Source of the DNA: Octopus bimaculoides
Lineage: Eukaryota
Direction of reading: 5' to 3'
DNA: 64,000 nucleotides
NCBI RefSeq assembly: GCF_001194135.2
Contig: NC_068993.1
Coordinates: 21,788,094-21,852,093, forward strand
A program made the translations under genes and the position numbers. Of the stretch, positions 54,478 to 64,000 are shown one piece after another. The notes below the pieces were generated by a model. It had not been told where the DNA came from and made no database searches. It saw nothing but the letters and a program-made list of their open reading frames with translations. How positions within the stretch are numbered: the first letter of the stretch is position 1; every line of letters starts with the position of its first letter.

Positions 54478-55289
54478 GTTCTGAAGAAGGATTAAAGAGC
54501 AAACGCTTTCTTCGTCCAGGAAGAGCTCTTTCTGGAGATGCTTTCTTGAGATTTGGTAAGAATGGTCTAAATTTACCATTCGAAGATAAACGATTCCTTC
54601 GATTTGGTAGAACTGATCGTCAATTTGAAGATATGCTAAAGGAAGTTTTACAGAGAGCTGAAAACGTTGACAATAGACAAAAGAGATCCACTGACAACAT
54701 TCCTCAAAGCTCAGTTCAAGATGACAGTTCGAAAATTACGAAGAGAAATGCTGACGCCAGTGATAACGGAATGGACAAGAGGTTTATGAAATTTGGTAAA
54801 TCCGGTGATCTTCCTTACGTCAATGAGTGGAGTGACAAGCGTTTCATGAGATTCGGTCGGGAACCTGACAAGCGATTCATGCGATTTGGAAAATCTGATG
54901 ATAAACGATTCATGCGCTTTGGTAGAAACCCAAATGAACTTGAAGATAGACTCGAAGAAGGAAAACGCTTTATGAGATTTGGACGGGGCAATGAGGAAGA
55001 AGAAAAACGGTTTATGAGGTTTGGACGAGATCCTGACAGTAAGTTAATGGGTTATGGTAATAGTGAGGAAGAAAAACGCTTTATGCGCTTTGGTAGAATG
55101 TCAGACGAAGCTGATGCTCAAAAAAGGTTCATGAGATTTGGCCGAAGTGTTGATGATGACAAGGCGAACAGGTTGAAAAAATCAAACGATCAGCTTCGTA
55201 CGATAAGAATGGGACGTAGCGTTGATGATAAAAAGGTGAACAGCGCTAATGGGGATGCGTACCTAAGAATTGGACAAAGTGATGAATAA
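54478..55289 (+). CDS. FMRFa: FMRFamide precursor, terminal peptide-coding exon
   Basis: Acceptor tttttttcttttcttatctctttgcag ends at 54477 (phase 1). The frame is open from SEEGLKSKRFLRPGRALSGDAFLRFGK to TAA at 55287-55289. It contains 7 KR-FMRF-G(R/K), 1 KR-FLRF-GR, 1 KR-FMKF-GK, ALSGDAFLRF-GK and a furin-type RQKR site. The ORF-track start at TTG 54546 is not the real start. Confidence 0.97.
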
Positions 55290-56044
55290 GATGTTGGTAC
55301 GTTGAGCAGGCTGACGGGATCCGTCCCATCTTTGGAAATAAGAAAATCAACTTTTTTCAAAACAAATAACTGCAGTAACAACAACAAGGAGCAACATCAG
55401 CAAGAATATGAGTAGGAACAAATAGAATATCAATACAACAACAACAATACCAATCAGATTTTGTGATCATATCTTGAACGTTGTGTTTACATCTATCATA
55501 AAACATCTGTTGGAGAGTAACGAACTGCTTGTTTAGGAGGAAACATTTTGATTTCTATATGACCAGTTCTAATTGAAAAGAAAGAAAGAAGGACATTATA
55601 AATTCATCAACAACTCAACTCTCTTATGGTGGTAGTTGGTATATTTCTCTATATTGTACAATTTATATAAAACTGGATCGATAGATCCTCGTCGTATCCA
55701 GAAATTCAGGACTTATACCAGCCTTCAATGTAGAGCTTTCTTCAGCATGCTTCATCACTATGTGTATATATGTATATGTGTATATGTGTTTATGTATACA
55801 TTTGTCGAAAACCCCACTCTATATATATACCACTGTATATTTATGTTCGTGGTTATGTATGTGCATGTATGTTATATATATATATACATATTTATATATG
55901 TACATACTATCATATATGTGCACTAGTTTGCATACATAACCCTCTCACATATGCATCAATATGCATCACAGACAAACATATAAATATATATACATAGAAA
56001 AGAACCACCAAATAGAGTGAGTTTGATGAAATGGTTTTATGAAA

Positions 56045-56142
56045 ATTAAATGTAAATTTTGTGGAGAATTAAAATTTTATTATATATCCTTCACGAGATT
56101 TCAGATTTACTTATCCAACTTAATGTACGTATTCTAATTAAA
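56045..56142 (+). terminator. Cluster of three ATTAAA hexamers, candidate polyadenylation region of FMRFamide
   Basis: ATTAAA at 56045, 56068 and 56137. The first canonical AATAAA I spotted after the stop is at 57221. The AT-rich background weakens this call. Confidence 0.3.
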
Positions 56143-56767
56143 CAATAATTATTTGCTGCCAAATGTATTTCTTACTTCAAATGTAGTTGAATGCTTTGTT
56201 GTTGTTATATACTGACAAAATTGCTGGTGGTAAATCTGCATATTTAAACTCTTTTTGATTCTTTTATTCCTACATATAAAATTTGCAATAGAGTTTGGTG
56301 AAACATGGCTGTAATCAGAGATCAGGTCTCCGAAAGAATTATCTGTGGGGTCAACAACTGGCATGTTTATTTATTAGGTACAAGAGCTGATATTTGTATC
56401 TAGTATTTATACATATTTTCAGTGTGATGAACTGAGATGTACCGAAAGAGAGTAAGAAGTGTGCCAGGCTACTAACAATAGTACACAATTTTATAGGTAG
56501 ACCTTGCACATGGCGACTGATCTTTCAAAAGTTTGTAGCCGATTATAACAATTATACAATTTAATTGTTGTTCAATTTATTGACACAGTAAAGATGAAAA
56601 GCAAAGTCAAATGTCACAGAAGCTGAACTCAGAGCGTGGAGGGTTATAACTAAATACCTTGTGATAGTTTGTTTGAAGTTCTGCCAACCTGCTGCCATTA
56701 TATCTAAGTAGAGGAAGATGATTGTCTTACTAGAAGTACAAGAGTTTCGATACACACNNNNNNNNNN

Positions 56768-57010
56768 TATTTTGCCTTTGCGGCTCCATTGGTGGCTAAT
56801 GAGCCCTGCACTTGACAAGCATACACGACTGCAAACATTGCAGACCAAGCTTTCCCCAGTGACTATACGAGCCGTGCGCTTTCGCGTAGCTCGCTTAAGT
56901 TCTTCATGCTGGATACGTGCTCTCTCAAAAGTGTTGATCCCCTCCTTAACCTGCTTCTTCCATCAGTGACGATGACAGGCATTGTTCTCCCAGTCAGTGT
57001 CCTGCATATC
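56768..57010 (-). mobile_element. RTE-clade LINE ORF C-terminus with a C2H2-type finger
   Basis: The minus strand gives DWENNAC...WKKQVKEGINTFERARIQHEELKRATRK, then VCNVCSRVCLSSAGLISHQW (CxxCxRxCxSxxGLxSH). Confidence 0.7.
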
Positions 57011-57289
57011 ACAATATATATATATACATACATATATATGGAGTGATCCCTCGACTGTCGCAGGTTTTACGCTTATCATCCTCCTCCTGCAATGGATGAC
57101 AGTCCGCGAAGTAGAAAAAGTACTGCACTGTATATGCTATCTTATTTTTTTTAATAATTTGCATATATTTATTTTATAAATGCAAATCAATACCTCGGAG
57201 GAATCGACGTATGCTTAAATAATAAACCGCAAGAGGTGAACCATGATATGGCGAGGGATTACAGTATAGACAGGTTGATAGAGAGATTG

Positions 57290-57316
57290 AGAGAGAGAGA
57301 GAGAGAGAAAGAGAGC

Positions 57317-57402
<86 letters not shown>
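57290..57402. repeat. (GA)n microsatellite
   Basis: Direct reading. Confidence 0.97.
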
Positions 57403-57407
<5 letters not shown>

Positions 57408-57680
57408 AGAAAAAGATTTTTAATAGTTTTGTTTGTATGTTGGCGTGTTTGCAACAAGTGCAACATATTTTTCTACGAATATTTAAATAAATATATACTA
57501 TTTCATACAGTTAAAATAAAATGTAACGGAATGGCCTAGAAGTTTTTATAAGAAAACAAACGTTCCATGTTTTGAATTTCATAATTTGGAACAGAATATT
57601 TTTCAAAAAAATTTCAAAGTATTCCAGTTAATATAAGTCAGCAAAATATACCAATTTTAATGAAAAGAAATAAATATAGA

Positions 57681-57883
57681 AGGCAAGCGTGGGTGTGTGG
57701 TAAGAAGCTTGCTTTCCAACTATATGGTTCCAGGTTCAGTCCCACTGCGTGGCACCTCGGGCCAGTGACTTCTTCTGTAGCCTCTGGCCGACCACAGCCT
57801 GAGTGGATGTAGTAGACGGAAAATGAAAGGAGCCCGTCGTATATGTATCTATATATGTCTGCCTGTATATATATGTCTGTCTG

Positions 57884-57931
<48 letters not shown>

Positions 57932-58090
57932 TGTTTGTGTTTGTCCCCTCTACAATCGCTTGACAACCGATGTGGGTGCGTTTACGTTACGGTAACTTAG
58001 CGGTTCGGCACAATACACCGATCAAATAAGTACTAGGTGCTCCAGCCTGGCTGCAGTCAAATGACTGAAACAAATAAAAGAATAAAAGAA
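57681..58090 (+). mobile_element. SINE family A, near full length
   Basis: Same head, CORE-like block, internal microsatellite and tail as the other family A copies. Confidence 0.85.
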
Positions 58091-59029
58091 TATATGACTA
58101 ATGCAGCACATATCTGTTTCATTAGTTTACTGTGCTAGTATAGAACCTGACGCTAACGTACGTTGCTACAAGCCGGCGTCCTTTTTAATGACCCAATTCT
58201 CTTTTAATAAGCTGAATTCATAAACATTTAAAGAGGCTTGAGTATGTTGGGATATCTATCGGTGGCGAAAATTAAAACGATTGCAATACAAAGAAATAAA
58301 TCAAAGGAAGAAAAAATACCTTAGTACCAGATCCTCCTGAAATACTGAATTCCAAATATTACCTTCAAAATTCTGAGTTTCTCAAACCAAGCCTAATCAT
58401 GAAAGTAATATAACTCATTTCATTTGCTATCATGTGAAGTCGCTGATATTAATTCATGTTTGATTTTTTCGTTACTATCATATTCAGTTAGAACTTTTTC
58501 AAATACTCTGTTAACGCTATCGTGCCATTATCATTAGTGTAATGAGCTAAACTTCTGACTCTGATGCACTGTCTAGAAACTATTTTATGATATTGTGGTG
58601 CAGTTCATCAACGGTGAAATAATGAATACTATGGCTTAAAATAAAGAAGTAAATTAGGATATATATGTAACGATGGTGAAAGGCTAATTTGAAACTTAAG
58701 CAATTCATTTTCGAAATATACTTAATGACGTTGCTATTACTTTTGATTGCATGAATTACATAAAACTAATGAATGGTATGTCTTCCTTTGAATGCTTTGT
58801 TTTCATGAAATGTGTCTAGGATAATTCGCCTTTGAAAAGACCATCGTTCACTGACGTATACTTAGAACAGTAATCGTACATAAAGCTGCTACAGTGACAT
58901 TGCGTACACTGGTGAGTTTGCACCTTTCCTATATACACATGGATTTCACTGGACTCTTCCGCTGATGAGAAATCGCTCCAATACACCACGACGTTCGAAC
59001 CCTTTTGAACTTTTCTAAAACTCTTTTGG

Positions 59030-59420
59030 AATTTCTGGTTTTTCCTATTGTTGATTTTTCTTACTCTGTTTTCTCTCAATCCGTACTTTGATACTTTGCC
59101 CCCTCTCTCTCTCTCTTTCCCTTTCCTTTTCCTTTTCGTCTTCACTTCTTCCTTTCTTCTCCCTTTCACCCCGTTTCTTCCTTTTTTCTCCTTCTTTCTC
59201 AACTTGTTTTTATTTTTCTTCTCCTCTTGCCTCCTATATTTTTTCTAGTTTTTAAAAAAAACGTTTTCTTCTCTTTTTACCTTTTGTATTTTTTCTCCTC
59301 AAGCCTTTTGAAGTTTTTTCTTCACGCCTTTTGAATTTCTTTTGATCGTCTATATTCCGTACATCATTTTTTGTCACCTTCTTCTCCCCCATTTTTTCTC
59401 CTTTTTCAATCACACGCGAT
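59030..59420 (+). repeat. Pyrimidine-skewed (C/T-rich) low-complexity tract
   Basis: Dominated by TTC, CTT and TTTC words. Confidence 0.7.
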
Positions 59421-59949
59421 TACAAATCATTCCTCCTCCACCTTCACCACCACATAAAGAACACCTTTCCACATTTCCTTTCCGCTGCTTTCAACCTTCT
59501 ATTAATCGTTCCCAACTAAATGAAAAAAAAAAAAAACACGCATCTCTAACCGCGGTTCATTTCTCAGTCGCTGCCTCCATCACCGCCTCATCCCCAAAGG
59601 TGCCTGACTCCATTTCCACCCTACACTCCACTTTGCTTAAGCCCGTACTACTTCCATATTATCATTGTGCCATATTATGACAGTTTCTTTATGTCATCGT
59701 TACGAGAAGATCCTTTCGGCAGCCAACGTGGTTTTGTGTGATGCTGTCTATTTGTGATTCAGCACAAGAACGTAATACTGATTACATTACATTAAAATCT
59801 CATCTCAAATATCTGGATCTTTCTTTATGGCTCATGAATGAAAGTATATATTTGGCATACACAGAAAGATAGGGAATATACCCCTGCACGCAGGGATCTA
59901 ATTTTACTGTTCATGGTTTAATCACTTCATCTTGATATGTCCGTGTATT

Positions 59950-61750
59950 CTTTTAAAGCTTCTTGATTGTGGTACTTTGTCATAAATAATATCACTCTGT
60001 ATTTCAACTTACTGTACCATCTCTAGTTTATCCTTCTTGAAAAGTTTGTTCAGATAACACAACTGGCATTTGTCATGAGTTTTTTTTCTCCCCTAATTTC
60101 TGTCTTAAATTTGAGGGCATTTCCACTAGATGTATATACATTTATATACATTTCCACTGTATATAATGTATACATTTCCGTCCAGTTCACCAATATCTTC
60201 AGCAAATCTCTCGTTTGTAAATTTTCTTTCTGAGTTGCTGAATGTACCCACATCGTCATAAAGATGATTGCTCAAAATCCACTCCAGGAAAATGCTGAAG
60301 GAAAACTAGGAAAAATTGGTATTTCTGAAATACTACTGCTTCATTGAATCACCAATGATGCATTGTCCTAGTATTGCTTTCGTTTTCATTAGGTGTAAAG
60401 TTATTATATAGCATGAGTTAACTTCTGCCGTGTGAAAAATTTCCCCATTGTGAGGTACAGCGCTTCATTTATTAAACGCCATCATGAATTGCATAAAGCT
60501 ATTTTCATATAGGGCGCAGAGATACAAAATGTACTCAGTTGCGATTCTAACGTTATATAAGCAACAATTTTCTCTGTCTAAGATCTGTCATTTCTGGGTG
60601 ACTCTGAGCATTACTGAGACATGTCAGATCTCGTAGAATAGTTATAAGGATGTCTGCTGTGGCTTTTATTCGTTGCTTAGGGTTTGAAAAAGATTCTTGT
60701 ATCTAAGCATATGGAGGTTCCCTGCATTTTCAGCACATTTAAATCACCAACATTTTATTAATGTTATAATTCTGAGTGCATTGTGTCCATTTTTCTTTTA
60801 GTACAGTAAGAACTTTTTCTTTATTTTTAAACATGTTTTGTTTCGATGTGTTGTCTTTGGGGAAGCCTTTTGCCTGTTCTAACGCTTCTTGTGTTGTACT
60901 GGAATAGCTATTTTTAATTTTCTTTATATTGTAAAGCTAATAATTTTTGCCGTACTTCCATATGTTCTCTCGATATCTAAGTGATCTTATAAGTTTTCTT
61001 CCTCTTGTTGTATTGTTATTGCCTCTGTTGACTCATCTATCCTATATCTTGTTTATAGCCCTTGGCTTAAACTTACAATGTCTTTTCACCAGATCTTCAC
61101 TCATCTTCTCTGTCCTCATAGTGTTGAAATCGTTTGCAACAATCTCTTCGTTAACTTGGAGGAGATTTAATGCTACAAATTTCTTCCAAAAGTGTTGCCT
61201 GAAATTCTTTAGGATATATTGTGAAATTATACGGCCAAAATTTCCTGATGCCTGCCTGAAATTCATTCCAACAAGGTTAAGATCACTACCTGTATCTGTT
61301 CGTTATAATATTTTTGTTGTTTGTATTTACACACGACTGTTTGCATCATTGTCCGAAAGTATAGTCTATCTTGTAGACTTCGATTAGGAGTACGCTAAGT
61401 GTACATTTTGGATGCCTTATTCATGTCTAGGGTAGTATCATGTTTCAACTGACAAACTAGATAGAGGTGTCCTCCTTTTATCTCAGAGTAATTTCCTGAA
61501 GAAGCGATGAAAGCGCTACACACATTTTGTGCATCATTCTCTCACACTCAACTTAACCTGTTAGAGCTGAATGCCGCTATAAGCTGTTTTCTGATTTAGG
61601 TTTTGTTAAAACGGTTTTCGGACTCATAACTGTAAGATCATAAGCTCTCAAAATTATTGGTATCAATTCTGTTTCAATATATCTCGAAGAATGGAATGTA
61701 AACAACCAGATTGTTTGCAGATGTGATATGCAAGGCAATTATCACCTTCC
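59950..61750 (-). mobile_element. Heavily decayed RTE-type LINE (APE endonuclease end through RT)
   Basis: The minus strand gives TDTGSDLNLVGMNFR (GSDH-like), RKFTNERFAEDIGEL (NLRFADD-like) and EIRGEKKLMTN. There are many disablements. Confidence 0.6.
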
Positions 61751-62162
61751 TCGTGTGATATGCAATAAGGTTATTCAAGACAATTTACAAGAAATCTTTA
61801 ATCTATCAAACATTGCCAACGGAAGAGAAACATGGGACTTACATTCACGTGGGAGACGCAACGATACTAATAACAACCTTTATTTACAAGATTTATCATT
61901 TGCATAAATAATCGATTTGAACTTACACACACTAAATACATGCATAATGTACATGAATGTACTGTATACGAGCATACATATACATGCAAGCATACATTCA
62001 CACATTCACAAACTGACACACAGAGGCACATATTGATGCATAAGTGTATATGTATATGTATAGTAAACCCCAAAGACGAAGTTGAACAAACACAAAAACC
62101 AACAACGCGACGACGTGGTACATGTAAAATATTAGCAGAGCTCAGGAATGAAAGAAAGCTAG

Positions 62163-62195
62163 TTTAACGTTTCGAGCAACGCTCTTCTTCAGAAA
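62163..62195 (-). ncRNA. Minimal Type I hammerhead ribozyme motif, same repeat family as the 2.99 kb copy
   Basis: The reverse complement reads ttt-CTGAAGA-A-GAGC(gtt)GCTC-GAAA-CGT-T-aaa. It has a 4-bp stem II, an ACGT palindrome, a GUU triplet and a 3-bp stem I. Its flanks align by eye with 2940-3070. Confidence 0.55.
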
Positions 62196-62348
62196 GAAAG
62201 GAAATTCCAATAGAAAGGAAGACGGGGGAAGAAAATAGCCAGCGATTCACATGTCGTTACATTTTGAAACGACTGGTATATATGTATTTCAAAATAGAAA
62301 GAAAAAGTCATCCAACACGCAGGGATGCTTAGTTTTTTAAACTGCTCT

Positions 62349-62351
<3 letters not shown>

Positions 62352-62403
<52 letters not shown>

Positions 62404-62480
62404 ATGTATGTGTATATATATGTGTGTGTGTGTGTATGTATGTGCATATGTGTGTATGTGTGCGTGCGTGTGCGTGCATG
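62352..62480. repeat. (CT)n followed by (TG)-rich repeats
   Basis: Direct reading. Confidence 0.95.
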
Positions 62481-62639
62481 TGTACTCATGTCTCAAGGCA
62501 GTCTTTGCTACACAGCCATGTTTGTGCTTTTACAAACTTTGTGCTTATATATTGCACTCGATCAAATGATGATTGATACTGTCGTCTCCTCTACTCTAGA
62601 TTGTACCTTCGCTGTCTAAGTGTTTCTTATTTATCTTTG

Positions 62640-63490
62640 CCTTTATCAGATTTGTTCTGCGGGCTTGGTCCTGGGCAGCTATAATTAGAATTTCTATATC
62701 TCGTTCGGTGTTCCCGTCGCCAACGAGAGCCAGCGATATTTATCTCTAACATTCTTGGTTTGCTACATAAATTGGCCATGTAGTTCTATTTATTTCTATT
62801 TATTTGCTATTTTCTTCATTTTCCCTTTGTATTCTCCCACTGTTTCAGTCACTTTTGGGGTATCTCTGGCTGCTCGTAGTATTCGCTCTATACTCAGCAC
62901 AACAATTTTTCAGACCCAGTATCGCAATATTAACAGTGACCTCTGCGTTCAGTAATCCTCTGTCACATTTCTTTCTTGGTAGGTGGAGAGGGTCGGCATT
63001 GCGATTAGAATGGAATCGGTGAGCATTCTAGTTCTGAACATTTCTAGTTCTATCCAAGATATTAAGCTCAAACTTTTTTCCATTTCTGAAAGGGAGCTGA
63101 ATATCTCAATATTAGCTCAGCCCATGTATTTATGGTTTAATGATGATCCCTGCATTTAATTTAGTTTCTAGCACCCTAATGATTGTCTAGTAGTCTTTAG
63201 TGGTTTTCTCTCTCAATCTCCTCCCTCTCATTATCTTATCATCATGTGGCACTCATAGATATTTGTATCTCTCATTATTCCACAGCCATCTAATGATGGT
63301 GTCTTGTGTTAATTTTAGGCCCTCATAATTTTATGCGCACATCTGTACCCCCAAATACGTTCCAATATCTTTACTGAATAGTTTCATTCTTGGATCAAAG
63401 AATGTGACCACACTTATTTTAATATATAGCATAATGTCATCCATATACAGGAGGTGATTTACTCTCATCTTAATTTTGATAAACTCATTT
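62640..63490 (-). mobile_element. Second R4/Dong-clade RT fragment
   Basis: The minus strand gives VNHLLYMDDIMLY (about 63423-63462), RYKYL and LHLPRKKCDRGLL, in the expected order. Confidence 0.75.
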
Positions 63491-63494
63491 GTGT

Positions 63495-64000
63495 GAGAGA
63501 GCAATGCATGCCATCAAAGTGACACTGGGATACAAATATACGCAGCCCAATATACACATCGTGACTACCCGTCTGATAAGAGGACATTAAGCACATGCAT
63601 CACAAACATATGTGTGCTACATGGCGATATCATATCAAGATATACAGAGCATGACCTTGCAGGTAGGTCCTAAAATTTTTTTTCAGTTTGAGTAGTCCAA
63701 CTTGCTCAAAAAGTCGCTGAACGAAGCATAGATGAACTGTCCAAGCCCCAAAGAATTCCTCTCAAAACGTAGTTATGATGCTTCCCCACTACTTATGCTC
63801 GTGATCAAAGACGCACATATCGTCAGTCACTAAGGGATTTGCTCAACTAGTTAAGGTCGAGCAGCTGATAAGTAAATATGTGGTATTGAACAGAATATTT
63901 GCTGTAGCCTGTCTTTTATACCATGACAAAGCATGTACATGATAACACTTCCAATCAGTGTGATCAAAAGCCATAAGAATCACTGCCTGGTACTGCATCA
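63495..64000. repeat. Probable interspersed repeat adjoining the Dong fragment and running off the window end
   Basis: There is an abrupt change to more balanced composition without an ORF. It resembles an abundant octopus repeat as I remember it. No second copy in the window confirms this. Confidence 0.35.

Noticed and set aside
54546-55289. Single-exon gene starting at TTG 54546
   Set aside because: The frame is open back to the acceptor at 54478, there is no signal peptide, and a phase-compatible signal exon exists at 47089-47230.
61495-61525. CTGAAGA-agcgat-GAAA-GCGCT-A, a hammerhead-like string with an AGCGCT palindrome
   Set aside because: It has no stem II or stem I and lies inside an RTE remnant. 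It is likely chance.

Overview
This is AT-rich, microsatellite-rich eukaryotic scaffold DNA with about 3 kb of N gaps. The repeats and the peptide sequence point to an octopod cephalopod, probably Octopus (inferred). One protein-coding gene is supported, a + strand FMRFamide precursor. Its signal-peptide exon (CDS 47089-47230) splices in phase 1 to a large terminal exon (54478-55289), giving about 317 aa. The precursor encodes 7 FMRFamide, 1 FLRFamide, 1 ALSGDAFLRFamide, the variants FMKFamide and FLRPamide, and several decayed or divergent copies. A TATA-led candidate non-coding first exon lies at about 1.3-1.46 kb, which would imply an intron of about 45.6 kb. The rest of the window is transposon debris: three tRNA/CORE-type SINE families, CR1, R4/Dong and RTE LINE fragments, and a full-length decayed mariner with a nested SINE. 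The most notable hidden signal is a set of minimal Type I hammerhead ribozyme motifs of the kind found in Penelope-like elements. The best one (53686-53728) has a perfect 6-bp stem I, a GUC site and a palindromic stem III, and it lies sense within the FMRFamide intron about 750 nt upstream of the peptide exon. The FMKF lysine codon (AAA) is one A-to-I edit from FMRF. Most entries in the ORF track are microsatellite or gap artefacts. No prokaryotic features, rRNA, tRNA genes or CRISPR arrays were seen.
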